Origin: Octopus sinensis
Lineage: Eukaryota
Assembly (NCBI RefSeq): GCF_006345805.1
Contig: NC_043021.1
Location: forward strand, 22,940,001-23,004,000
Direction: 5' to 3'
Length of the DNA stretch: 64,000 bases
This document shows positions 13,830 to 27,048 of this stretch, piece by piece. Both the position numbers and the translations under genes were made by a program. Every line of letters begins with the position of its first letter. Positions within the stretch are counted from its first letter, which is position 1. Under the pieces are notes generated by a model, which saw only the letters and a list, made by a program, of their open reading frames with translations, was not told the DNA's origin and searched no databases.

Positions 13830-14740
13830 TATATTTTATTGACATAGGCAGAATTAATACCCAGAGGTAATATTTATTCCCACTTCAACGTGAATGTTCT
13901 GTTAGAACAAGCTTTACTGTGGTTGATGCCACGAGAGAAGTTCTCATAGGGGATTGTGGGTCGGAATGCACGCTTATTTTTATAAGTACAGATGAGATAA
14001 ATCCCACCCAACTCCAGCGGCGAGACCACCAGTTCACAGGATTTCGACCTTCGTTGATCTCATCGATGAAGGACACTCGACAGTTAGAGACAACAGCAAC
14101 TCATCTCTCCGTCAGCGATGTATAGTGAATCAGTGCCTGAACAGGCACTGGTGTCGCGATTATACAGTGAGCGTTTAAAAATATATTTATTAGCGACAGA
14201 GTCAGTATTATATACCGAGAGGTAATATTTACAGTAATCCCTCGACTATCGCGGGTGTTACTTTCCAAAACACCCGTGATAGCTGAAAATTCGCTAAGTA
14301 GAAGCAGTACTGTACTGTATATTGTTTTTTTTTCTTGTTTTTATAATATGTGTATATTTATTTCATTATAAATCAAAATAACACCACAGAAGAATCGACG
14401 GAAACTTTAATAAACCGCAATAGGTTAACCGTGATATGGCGACGGATTAATATACTCCCACTTAGTCGTGGCTTTTCTGTTAGAACGAACTTTTCTGCTG
14501 TAGATGAAAAAAAATCTCATATAGGCCTCTGATGCAAAATACACGCTTGTTTGTATCTCTTTTAGAAGATAGAACGTCATAAACATATGGTGTCTACTGC
14601 AGGTCGAAATCAGGTGAACCAAGGGTCTCGACGAAGGAGTTGGCTGGGATTTAACACAGTTTCTCTAACAGTATTTACCGCATAAAGATTTTTTTCTAAC
14701 AACACCCACGTTTAAGTGGGAATAAATACTTTTTACCGTA
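13830..14740. mobile_element. Decayed foldback-type DNA element with long inverted arms and an internal direct repeat
   Basis: 13998-14050 is inverted at 14601-14653; atttattcccactt...tgttagaa (~13871) is inverted at ~14694-14728 and repeated directly at ~14185-14560. Confidence 0.6.
14232..14452. mobile_element. pogo/Tigger-type MITE with TA target duplication
   Basis: TA-CAGTAATCCCTCGACTATCGCGG ... ccgtgatatggcgacggattaata-TA. Confidence 0.8.
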
Positions 14741-15185
14741 GGGAAAATTCGACGTAAGACAAATTCATCATATGGACAATGGTAAAGTGTAATACATCAA
14801 CATTTTTGTTTTTAAATAAAAGACAAAAATGATAAAAGGGATTTTATAGATAGACATTAGATAGACAAGTCATTATTCAACGTCAAACATTAGAAAGAAA
14901 AGGAAACAACTATGAGAAATGTCGGCGTAAATATTTTTGCCGTAGGAAAAATTCACCGAAAGAAATTTCATTTTAAATGACCTCGTCAATTTAGTTTTCA
15001 TGTTTGTCATTAAATAAAGATTTACCTACTTTAAATAGGTAAGTCTTTATTTATTGTTTATTTACAACATTTTATTATTGTTTTCTATCATTTTGAAAAT
15101 TGCTGATATGATATACTTTATCATTGTCAATACTGCGATTTTTCGTACGATGCGAATTTTCTTACGGCAAATTTACCGGACACGT
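14730..15185. mobile_element. DNA transposon end with repeated ccgtaggaaaattc subterminal motifs
   Basis: Motif at ~14736 and ~14940, inverted at ~15155-15183. Confidence 0.35.
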
Positions 15186-15661
15186 CAAACAGCTCACGGT
15201 TTAAATTTGCAGAAAACCTCATGACTGTCAGACTAAAGGTTGATAGCCAACAACTAACAACAATTTTGCTACAACAGAAATCACCAGCATAACATCTTTC
15301 CAAGCCTAACTCATTCTTTAACATAAAAAGCATATATAGAAAAGTGCATTTCTGTCGCAAGGTAATTTGCATAGACACAAAAAAGTGTTCGAATGGGAAT
15401 AGCATGGCACTGGATAGCAAATATGAAAAATGTATATTAATTACAACTCTGATATATGTTTCTGATTGAAGTCATGTATGTGTATATAGATGTGTATATA
15501 TCAATATCTATTTTCTATATTTATATCAGTCTATCTATCTATTTATCTTTCTCTGTCTCTCTCTCTTTATATATATATATGCATATATTTATATATATAT
15601 GTATATAATATATGTATGTATATTTGTGTGTATATATATATGCATATATATATATATATAT

Positions 15662-15712
<51 letters not shown>

Positions 15713-15721
15713 TAATATATA

Positions 15722-15762
<41 letters not shown>

Positions 15763-15954
15763 ATAATTCATTGATGAAAACCGAATATTCTGCAAATAGG
15801 ATACGTTTTCATTGCTCTGGAGATTTAATATTAATTAGAAGTAAATGTATGGTTAAGCGAGTTAAGCAGGTCAATATACAATGCATATTAAACACATGAA
15901 ATACAAATAAATGTATATTTACATAAAAAAAGTCTGACTTACACAGAATATAAA

Positions 15955-16130
15955 TAATATGAAGAATGAAAGATGTTGACAAAAAGTATACGAATCCAAC
16001 AAACAGCTGTGTCTGGGGGTTCGTCAGTCAATAATAATATTTGTAGCTTGATTGCATCGTCAGATGCGACGAGTCTCCCTCTTCAGGGAAGAGAACTTAC
16101 ATTGAGGTGTTCAGAGAAATATGTTCCAAT
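15955..16130 (-). mobile_element. Penelope-like fragment with degenerate HHR
   Basis: Three CTGAnGA motifs on the minus strand, then GACA-cagctg-TT (palindromic stem III-like). Confidence 0.4.
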
Positions 16131-16131
16131 A

Positions 16132-16175
<44 letters not shown>

Positions 16176-16181
16176 GTATAT

Positions 16182-16237
<56 letters not shown>

Positions 16238-16242
<5 letters not shown>

Positions 16243-16375
16243 GGAATTTATGGAAAAACAAAAGAGGAAGACAGTGTATGAACTACAAGCAAGTGTATTG
16301 TTTGACGGTCGAGAAAAGGTCTTTTACGTTTCGAGCCTACGCACTTGAACAGAAAGTATAAGAGAAAAGATACAG
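16238..16375 (-). mobile_element. Penelope-like terminal fragment with degenerate minimal HHR
   Basis: cttt-CTGTTCA-agtgcgtaggctc-GAAA-cg-TA-aaag, between (TA)n tracts. Confidence 0.5.
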
Positions 16376-16394
16376 ACCTATGCATATAATATAT

Positions 16395-16431
<37 letters not shown>

Positions 16432-16436
<5 letters not shown>

Positions 16437-16660
16437 AGAAAATTGGTGGCACTTTACGCTGATTTTATAACCCGAACACGTGAGTGTTCAAAAATGTTAA
16501 AGTTTGAGAAAACTGATTAGACCGAAAATAGTTTCAGACTCGATCTAAAAGGAGTAACAATCGATTTCGGAAGCGACCGTTTCCACGGAAATTCCAATAT
16601 TGTAAACGCGTTTTGAGGTGACATTACTGTTAGACCTCATTTCAGTGACAGAGAAGGAAT
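16432..16660 (-). mobile_element. Penelope-like fragment with degenerate HHR
   Basis: tgtca-CTGAAAT-gaggt/acctc stem-AAAA-cgcg-TT-taca. Confidence 0.35.
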
Positions 16661-17059
16661 ATAAGAAGCAATTTCATTAGGCTAGCATTGGTATATTCTA
16701 GTTTTATGTGTGTTATCTGTTATTTCCTTATTTATGGTTGCGTTGCAAATATGTCATCATAATTATTTTATGCGTGTATGTTTTTGAGTATGTGTGTGTG
16801 TGTGTGTGGTTGACCGACGTAACGTTGAAAGGCCATTTATAAAATATATAAATTATTATTTGTTGAATATGTTGCCTAAATTATTTGCAATCTGTCCCGA
16901 ATTGCCGTAGACTTTGTCACAACGATGTTTATTACAGAAAATATGTAATTGCATTTATTTGGAAGGTAAATTTTATTCATAATTCCTCGTTACACTCCCA
17001 TACATTCATACATACACGTGGGCGTGTGTGTATACATACATGTATACCTACATACATAG

Positions 17060-17220
17060 GGCAGGCTTCTTTCATTTTGCGTTCCACTTTCACTTAAAAT
17101 GTATTTGGTCGGCACCGGGTTAGAGAAAAAGATTCATGCTGGAGGTTCTTCGCTCTGGAACTGAAGCGGGAACCACATCATTGAAAATAAAGCATTTGGA
17201 CGACACATCCACCCCTGCTC
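17060..17220 (-). mobile_element. Degenerate CORE-type SINE 5' half
   Basis: ggcttctttcattttgcgttccac...tttggtcggc matches the corresponding minus-strand copy at ~54067. Confidence 0.5.
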
Positions 17221-17312
17221 ATATATTTTTAATACCGGGATAAATCATTGCACAAGACAGAGTATGGATTTACCAAATTCTTATCGCTATTCTAAACATC
17301 ACTCAGACATTT

Positions 17313-17445
17313 ACATTTGACGGCTATTTGTTCTCATCTTGTTTGTTAGCGCATTTCGCTGATATACCCTCCAGCCTTCATCAGGTGTCTTTGGGAAATT
17401 TCGCACCCGGGTACTCATTCCTAAGTTATTTTTCGATGTTGTTGA

Positions 17446-17511
<66 letters not shown>

Positions 17512-17597
17512 CATTATTATTATTCAGGTCTCAGCCTGGAATCGAACTCTGAATCTTGGCGTTAGTAGCTCGCACTCTCAACCACTACGCCTGAATG
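17313..17597 (-). mobile_element. tRNA-head SINE: head + (TAA)n + body containing hammerhead core
   Basis: A box ggcgtagtggtt (17580-17591), B box gagttcgattcc (17538-17549); gacac-CTGATGA-aggctg...cagc-GAAA at 17354-17389. Confidence 0.8.
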
Positions 17598-17631
<34 letters not shown>

Positions 17632-17672
17632 AGTAGTAGTAGTAGTAGTAGTAGTAGTTGTAGTAGTAGTAA

Positions 17673-17738
<66 letters not shown>

Positions 17739-17751
17739 CAATAATAATAAT

Positions 17752-17784
<33 letters not shown>

Positions 17785-17810
17785 CATAATAGTCATAATA
17801 ATGATAATAA
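17598..17810. repeat. Compound (GTA)n/(TAA)n microsatellite
   Basis: Direct. Confidence 0.95.
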
Positions 17811-17994
17811 CATCGAAAAATACCTTAGGAATGAGAGCCCAGGTTTGAAATCTCCCCAAGACACCTGATGAAGAGTGGAAGGTATACCAACCGAAACGTT
17901 GTTAACAACAAACAAGATGAAGACAAATATCCATCAAATTTAAATAATGTAAATAATGTACATAATTCCTTATCTCTTAAATATAGAACTGTAC
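17811..17994 (+). mobile_element. Second, headless copy of the HHR-bearing SINE body with (TGTAAATAA)-like tail
   Basis: catcgaaaaataccttaggaatgag...gacac-CTGATGA...cc-GAAA-cg-TT-gtt; aligns with the reverse complement of 17313-17439. Confidence 0.8.
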
Positions 17995-19259
17995 CACTCA
18001 GACATTTCTTCACATAACCTTTTAAACGTCCATATATATACACACATATATGTTCCCAAAGAGAGACTATGCTCTCTAAATATGTTCGTCTTGTTTAACG
18101 ATGAGTTTGATACGTTTTATGACTTTAGAGACGTATACATATCACTATATTTAAATAATTATGTAAGCATATATGATGTATATTTATATATCTATATAAA
18201 GGACAACAATATAGTGTTATACATATATTTTTAAACTCACTTCAGGTTTATCTGTAAAGAACGACGGATTGTAAACGACAAAATATTCTGCGGTCACAGC
18301 AGTCAACCGTGAATAGCCTCGTGTTGAAATTTTGTAAAATCTCACATATGTTAACTGCTCCGCTGAACGATATTGCTTTCAGAATAGTACATTCGTAATA
18401 CAAAATATCAGTTCGTTGTAACATCAGTTAGAGGTATTCAAACGTAAGTATTTACATAAATAATTATAAGGCACATATATTTTTATGTGTATGTATGTAT
18501 TTATGCATATGTGTGTGTATGCATGCGAGTATATACGAGGCTATATGTGTATAAATGTGTACAAACGTGAGCATTTTCTCATATAATTATAGGTGCATAT
18601 ATGTGTGTGTATGCGTGAACCTAAGCATACGAGTACACATGTGAGTGTGTAAATATGTGTCAGTGTGAGATGTGTTTGTGCGTGTGTATGTGTGTGTGCG
18701 TGTGCGTGTGTGCGTATGCGTGTGTGTACAGCACCAGAAGACTATCGGAGAACTAACCGACTGATATGTATTGTATTATAAAGGCGTAAAACACGAATGT
18801 CGTGTTTAATAAACCGGAAATTACTGGAGATTTTAATGAGAAATTGCTAGTACATTAACTACGGAATATATGGCGTCATTTAAAAATGATTATAAAAACG
18901 GGAAAATTTATTGCAGCAAGTGATGCAGGAGAAAGATTAGCATTTCTTTAAAGGTATATGAAGATCGATACAAAGCTAGTCGAGATAAGGCTGATAAATT
19001 GATAATGCTGCTGGTGGTAAGAGACTGGCAGTTGGGAGAGTTTAGAAAAGAAAATAATTCAAAATGAAGACTGGTGTCATTTCGCTCTTCATTACTGTTA
19101 GCCTCGTTTTCGTGATGGACGTAGTTAAAGAGCCTCGTTATTGTTTACGCTTTTATTATCGACAGTTATCTTTTGTGAGTATTGCATGTACATATATACA
19201 TATGCTTGTGTGTGTGTATATGTGTGTATGTCTATGTGTGTGTGCGTGTGTATTCACAC

Positions 19260-19530
19260 TCGTGGGCGTTGATTTTGCTACATGGTTACGATGTTAGCTG
19301 ACCTAACATGTGGTTCAGCTTCGCTGCGCTGCTCTCTTGGAAAAATATATTTTTCTATAGCACCGGGCCGTGAAAAGCCCTGCTAGTAGACTTGGGTGAA
19401 AGAAACTGAAAGAAACCCGTCGTATACATATAAATGTATAGTGCTTGGACCGATTTGTTTGACTAAATCCATCAGAGTAGTGCTGAGCATGGACGCATTC
19501 CAAAGACTGAAACGAACAAAAGACGAGTAA
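19260..19530 (+). mobile_element. Degenerate internally deleted CORE-type SINE
   Basis: ggttcag, ttctatagcaccgggcc, gaaactgaaagaaacccgtcgtata, agcatggacgcattccaaagactgaaac. Confidence 0.65.
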
Positions 19531-19649
19531 ATTTATATAAGCCTAAGATCTTTGGAACCAAATAAAAAAAAACTTGTAGAAAACACAAAAAATCTCCCGC
19601 AAATATAACCCAGCCGCCACACATAAGGGATAACTACACTAGATGAAAC

Positions 19650-19770
19650 AATGCTGGTTGACCTGGAGAAAGTTGTACAGGGGTTAATTCTTTCAAAAAA
19701 ATGTCTTCAAGGCCGAGCACCAATATGGCCGAAGTTTAATGACTGTAACAAATAAAATAAAAAGATGAAA
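19650..19770 (+). mobile_element. 3' end fragment of CORE-type SINE variant
   Basis: aaggccgagcaccaatatggccgaagtttaatgactgtaacaaataaaa. Confidence 0.5.
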
Positions 19771-20941
19771 GCAAAAGATAACTCACACACACACACACAC
19801 ACATAGCTATCACGTAACCCTTTTAAATTGTGTCAGTTGTTTCCCTTTATATGATTTAGTTACTCAATTCTCTGATAAGGCCTGTTCGTTCTGGCTTCAT
19901 TCGCTTGTAAAACACCTGCCATCATTATTGACGGCACGGGTATTCTAGTTGCTACAACTGTTCATGACTGTAAAATGGCTTCCAATTAACCTTGCAGCAC
20001 CTTAGTTATATTTTGAGCTTATGTGATTGCACACTACTGTTTAATGAACAAGGTTTTTTTTTTGGTTTGTTTTAATTTGGTTCTCTTGTACTTTTCATAT
20101 ATTTCTTGACATTCTGTGATACAGTTTCGTTTCCTGCTAACAAATCAAATCATCAATTTGTTTCCAAACATCTAAACTTTCTCAAAAGTTAAGAATGCTA
20201 GATGCTCCACCAGATTGACTTTTAGCTGGAAAATATCAAGAAATCAATGTTTTTGCAGGAACAATTTCTGATTGACTTCGATAATATACCTTAATAGGGA
20301 AACAGTCCGATTATCCGTTACTAAATTATATTCTACTCATTCCTATATTTCTATTTTAGAAAGCATCGGTAGCTAAATCACATGGATCCAGCCTGACTGA
20401 CTCTTCCTTCGACACTTGGATATTGAAAGCTAAATCTAGTAAGTATAATTAATCTCATTGGTCGAGAAAATAATTAGGTAGGTTATATTAAATTTGATTT
20501 TGTTGGAGTCACAGACCACGCTTTCTCTGGAAATAAGTTTCCGTTGATACACAAATCATTTAAAATGTCATTGGAATATTTCGTCTTGTATTTTATAGAT
20601 CTTGATTTCAAGAGAAATTTCATAGACCATCCGGTTTTATTTTCTTTTCGTATACGTTATAATAGAGGCTGTAGTTTGTCGATGGCTTAAGTGTTTACTC
20701 TCACTTGACCAGTTCAGCTGAGAATTACAACATACCATACTGAGTGTAAAATGTCTTCCAGTTAACCTTACAACAATTGAAACGTGAAACTCTCTCCTTT
20801 CACCGAGCGTCAAGCTAATACATGTGTGGTGCACGTCGCCATGCTGTCCATTTTAAATCGTTTCTTTATTCTCTCATTTCAATTCTATGTTTATTCGAAT
20901 TGACTATAAACACACACACACATATATATATATACATATAT

Positions 20942-21170
20942 ATATCTTTACTACCCACAAGGGGCTAACCATAGAGGTGACAAACAAGGACAGACGAAGG
21001 GATTAAGTCGATTACATCGACCCAGTGCGAAACTGGTACTTTATTTATCGACCCCAAGAGGATGAAATACAAAGTCGACCTCCGCGGAATTTGAACTCAG
21101 AACGTAACGACAGACAAAATACCGCAAAGCATTTCGGTCGGCGCGCTAACGTTTCTGCCAGCTCGCCGCC
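20942..21170 (-). mobile_element. Full-length Meta-domain-like tRNA SINE
   Basis: Reverse complement begins ggcggcgagctggcagaaacgttagc, has B box gagttcaaattcc and ends ccccttgtgggtagtaaag. Confidence 0.9.
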
Positions 21171-22494
21171 TTTATACATATACTTATTCTTGGTAAGCCT
21201 AGCTTTTGTTGTTATATGTCACCGCTCGCAAATCGGTTTCCATCGTTATTTAGCTTTCGGAAGATGCTATCCCTGCTGCTTAGGCCATCTATGGCAGTCC
21301 ATCTATGGTCCGACGCAGGGCTGACCATTAATGGCTGAGTGTACCGTAGGAGGAGGAAATATTTCTCCAAGAACACAACAGTTCAGTTATGGAACCCTCA
21401 ATTTAAGCGGTCAATATTGCAACACTTTAACCACGTTGCCATTAAAAATATCTCTCTAAGTTGAAAGCAATTTCATTGGGTAAAACCGAGCCTCTTCTTC
21501 CATGATGCACACAGTTTTTTAAACTTTTTTTGAAATATGTATGTCTGTGTATCTGTGTGTGTATGTGCTCGTATTTCAGTGTGTGTCTGTGTGTGTATGC
21601 TTCCTTTTGATTGTGTGTGTATGTCAGTATATATATCCGTGTGTGTTTATGAATATCGCTAAAAAGCCAAGCACTTATTCAGCAGGCGTGTCATAACTAG
21701 TGTTAATGAGTTATTTCAATTACGTGTATTGGACAAATATTCAGGTACATTCAGAACTATTAGATGCTTTGACATGTTTATGTGCAAGAAAATAAACTGA
21801 TTTGACTACAAATAAAACAACATGAATAAAGTACGTTTCATATCAGATTCTAGTTTAGAAATTCTGTTTCGAAACCTATATGTCTCATGAGGCGGTGTAC
21901 ATAAAGCGCATATTTATGAAATGATATGCGTAATAATATCAGCCTCGGTTGTTATATATAAAATATATCTAGAATATATCTAGAAAATATATCTAGAAAA
22001 GAAGTGTGGACAGAAAAAAAATATGCAATTTTACACAGGAAGGATGAAGCAAATCGGAAGTGTAATGGATAACTGGAGCATCTTAAAACAGATTTCAAAT
22101 TCCCAGTGACTTAGACTGTGTAACAAGATATAGATATATGTCGCAAGATATAATCAAATTATATTGAGGCAATTATCGCGGAAAATGTGAAACTACTGTC
22201 CATATCAATTACAGATTATTTGGGGAATATAGAAAAAGAAATTGGCATAAAGATAGATTGATAGACAGATATTGATATATCTAAAGTTTGATAGATAGAC
22301 AGATAGATGGATAGATACACCGATAAAAAAGATAGAAAGGTAAATAGATATAGAGATACATACATACCTACATATGTATGTACGAATTTACATTTTATTT
22401 ATGAATGTATATATACACATTATGTTCATATGTCTGTATATATATTCATAGACATATACACACGGGCGCGCGCATATATGTGTGTGTGAATATA

Positions 22495-22568
22495 TATAGA
22501 TAGATAGATAGATGGATGGATGGATAGATAGATAGATAGATAGATATATAGATAGATAGTTAGATAGG

Positions 22569-22619
<51 letters not shown>

Positions 22620-22627
22620 ATTGATAA

Positions 22628-22700
<73 letters not shown>

Positions 22701-22745
22701 TGATAGATAGATAGATAGAAAGAAAGACAGACAGACAGAGAGAGA
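22495..22745 (+). repeat. (GATA)n microsatellite
   Basis: Direct. Confidence 0.95.
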
Positions 22746-22869
22746 TATATAAATGTTGGTTGGTAAGTAAGAAAATAGGTATATGACTCGAGATAATTAC
22801 ACGCATGAAATATATATATATATATACATACATTTATATATATAATATGTATATATATATATGTATATA

Positions 22870-22908
<39 letters not shown>

Positions 22909-23290
22909 TATATAAATATATATATATATGTATGAATATATATATAGGTATGTTATATATATGCGTGTATATCTACGCGTGTGAGTATGTATCCGTGTAT
23001 ATATGTAATTGTTTGTATATGTGTGTATATACAAACACATTCTGATGCATCTATTTGTCTCTTCTTTTATTCCTTGTTATAAAAACATGATAATGACAAT
23101 AATTAAGCTTCAGTTCTTTTCTCCTATTACCATTTTCCTTTTAATATGATACTTGTGTTCCTAAGTCCCGTTTAATTTTTCATGTTCTTACCGTTCTCTT
23201 TAAACACACACGCACAACCACACTCACACATATACACTCACTCACACATACATACATATATATGTACGTATATATTTATATATATTTATA

Positions 23291-23332
<42 letters not shown>

Positions 23333-23538
23333 TACATATGTGTATATATTATATAGATATATGTGTGTATGTATACATATATGAATATATATATTATATA
23401 TATATATATATTCATATATGTATACTTGTATATATACATATATATGTGTGAGTTTGTGTTTCTGTGTGTCTGTGTGTCTGTGTGCACCTATACGTACGTT
23501 CGTATAGATATTGGCATTCATAATTATATCTATGTATG

Positions 23539-23589
<51 letters not shown>

Positions 23590-24029
23590 TATACAGATGC
23601 TATTTTTTTCTATATTTGTTGTCGATAGTTTTGGCTGTTTCCCCCTTTTTTTTTGCTTTGTATTATTCTTTAAGCGTAAAACAATTGTGCGAATCTGGAA
23701 CATATATTAATATCGATTAGAAGGAATAATTCTTAGAAACGAATTTTATTAGCGAATCTGACAAAATCTTGTAATTGTCGCTTTTAAGTCACAATTTTCT
23801 TTATATTATTTCTTTAGTGGTGAACCACCTGCTCGAGTAACAATAATTTTATTTTCAATTGTTATCATACAAACACTAGTGTGTTAATAACTTTAAACCT
23901 ATTCTTGCCTTTTTTTTTTTCGTTGTTGTATATTTATCTCTATGTGTTTTGTATAGCCTATATTTTTGTTTTGTCTTTTATTTTACGATTTTATTTTTCT
24001 TTGATGTTATATTTTTAAACGCTACTCGG

Positions 24030-24622
24030 TGATGGTGTTGTTGTTGTTGTTGTCGTTGTTTGTGTTGGTGGTGGTGGTGGTGGTGGTGGTGGTGGTGGTG
24101 GAGTTAAAGTTTGTAGTTTTGTTCTATATCAAACAAAACGGGAAACGGCAAGAAAACGAAGTCGGAACAAAATAAGTAACGATAAAAAATATAAAAATAC
24201 CAAAACCAAGAACAATAATATTGATTGTAATAGTAATAATAATAATAATAATAATAATGATAATAATAATAATAATAATAATAATTATAATAATAATAAT
24301 AATAATAATGGTAATAATAATAATAATAATAATAGTACGAAGTATAAGTATAAGTATAAGTAGTAGTAGTAGTAGAAAAGGAACAACAGGATGAAAATGC
24401 AGAAGATGAAGGGCGACAACAATATTATCAAGAACGAGGATAAAAATGGGGGGGGCGATAATAGTGCTGGTGATGATGACGATGGTGACGAATAATAACA
24501 ACAACAATGATAATGCTAAGAAGAAGAAGGAGGAAAATAAGAATAATGATGATGTTGAAGTTGAGGATGATGACGAAAGTATTTATAATTGTAGTAGTAG
24601 CAGTAGTAGTAGTGGCAGCAGC

Positions 24623-24653
<31 letters not shown>

Positions 24654-24740
24654 CTAGTAGTAGTAGCAGCAGCGGCAGAAGCAGCGGCAGCAGCGGCAGC
24701 AGTAGCAGCAGCAGCAATAGCTGGGTTATTCATGGCGTTC

Positions 24741-24774
<34 letters not shown>

Positions 24775-24913
24775 TAATAATAATAATAATAATAGTAATA
24801 ACAATAATAATAATAATAACAATAATAACAATAATAATAATAATAATAATAATAACAATAATAATAATAATAATAATAGTAATAACAATAATAATAATAA
24901 TAACAATAATAAC

Positions 24914-24974
<61 letters not shown>

Positions 24975-25015
24975 TAATAATAATAATAATAATGAGACGA
25001 TGATGACGATAATGA
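24030..25015. repeat. Compound trinucleotide region (GTT/GGT/TAA/TAG/CAG)
   Basis: Direct; source of the poly-N, poly-I and poly-S ORFs. Confidence 0.9.
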
Positions 25016-25631
25016 TAAATTTCTTTTCAATTAATGAAAAATATATAACTTATAAAAAATGGAAAGAAAAAAAAAAGCAACAACAACATAGTTGCTTTGT
25101 GATGTCTTTCATTAAATTATAACAATAATTCTGCATCCTTTATCTTTATAACAAATAAACTTCGCAGTTTTAACGTATTTCCTTTCCATTCTGTTTATAT
25201 TTATTTCCACCGTTCGTTTGTATTCTTTAAATTCTTCTTATTTATAAGCATTCATTTGTCGTCGTATTGTTGTATTTTTCGTTGCTGTTATTACCATTGC
25301 TGCTCTTCTTCTTCTTCTTGGTGTTGCTGGTTGTGGTGGTGCTCATTTTTGTTGCCATTTTTGTTGCCGTTGCTGTTGTTGTTGTTGTTGTTGTTGATGA
25401 TGTTGTGGTTGTTGTTGTTGGCGATACATCCTTTCTTCCTGTCTACGCTGGTTATATATCGTCTGTTTCCTCTCTTTAGAGTTATTTTATGTCATATCTA
25501 AGAAGTGGCTATATTCCGATAACCATACCATTACACATTAATATATACTTTTGAATGTGTGTGCGTATACACATATACATACATATATATTTACATACAT
25601 ATATATATATATATATATGGATTTATATATG

Positions 25632-25666
<35 letters not shown>

Positions 25667-26833
25667 CTACATATATACATATATATATATAGATATATAT
25701 ATTTATACATTGATACATATATATATACATATAATACATATACATATATATATATTTATGTAAATATATATATATATATATACATATATACCTATATATG
25801 TGTGTGTGTCTACGTGTGTGGGAATCTGGGTGTATTTATGTATGTAAATATATATGTATATATATGTGTGTATTTATATAAAGTACATACACTTAACCAA
25901 AACAAAGACACCTGCGCGTGTACACACACACAAAGAAACACACACGGATATGTATATATATTGTATACAATTGATAGGAATGCATATCTGTGTGCATTTG
26001 TATATACTCATATGTATATATACATTGTATATATACATACGTATATAACTTTATACATAATTTATATATGCGCTAATATAAACAAGGTGATACACATTTG
26101 TATTTCATTTGTGTGTACGCATGAATATACTTACCTAGATATAATTTATATAGAAAGATACACTGACAGGGAGAGACAGAAATAGATTGATTGATAGATA
26201 GATAGCAAGATGGAAGCGTGAGTAAATATATACATATATAGAAAATTCTACGTAGATACTTACATATTTATCTATCCGTCTAGTTATGAAAAGATAGATA
26301 GATTAATAGATATACACCTTTCATATCTTTCCTCCACGTCTACATGCGATTCATTCTACTAAATCACGGAAATAACATATATATAATGAATTTGGTATTT
26401 TTTCTTATATTTCATTTGTATTTAACTCTTATATATATATTTCTCTATCAGAGTCTCCCGTTACAAAAACCCCATTCGTATCTGAATATTATTCTATAAA
26501 TTACTTACCGAAACAAATCTCGCCATAAATAATTGGTATGACACCATGTCGCTATACTGACGCCTAAAATGTATAAATTATTTGCTTTTTATTACATTAG
26601 TCTTTGAATGTACAGGAAGTGACAGAATATAGTTAACGATAGTGGCTTCTACTGAATCGTTAGTTTTACAAGGAATCGTAGACGACCACCATCAAATCAA
26701 ACCGGATTCTCATTAAAAACATGAAGAATATATTAGAGAATATAGCCATATCAATATCTATTTATCTATCTAACTTTCTATCCATCTACTTGTATCTGTA
26801 TATATTTATATGCACGCTTGCCTGTGTGTATGC

Positions 26834-26893
<60 letters not shown>

Positions 26894-26894
26894 A

Positions 26895-26950
<56 letters not shown>

Positions 26951-26976
26951 AGTATGCATATATATATATATATATA

Positions 26977-27048
<72 letters not shown>

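Noticed and set aside
17525-17597. Functional tRNA gene (also the heads at 9608, 33217, 59608)
   Set aside because: A and B boxes are present but no acceptor stem or cloverleaf forms, and each is contiguous with a SINE body.
24446-25003. 185-aa N/S-rich ORF resembling a prion-like low-complexity protein
   Set aside because: Overlapping frames are also open because of trinucleotide repeats; there is no domain or splice support.
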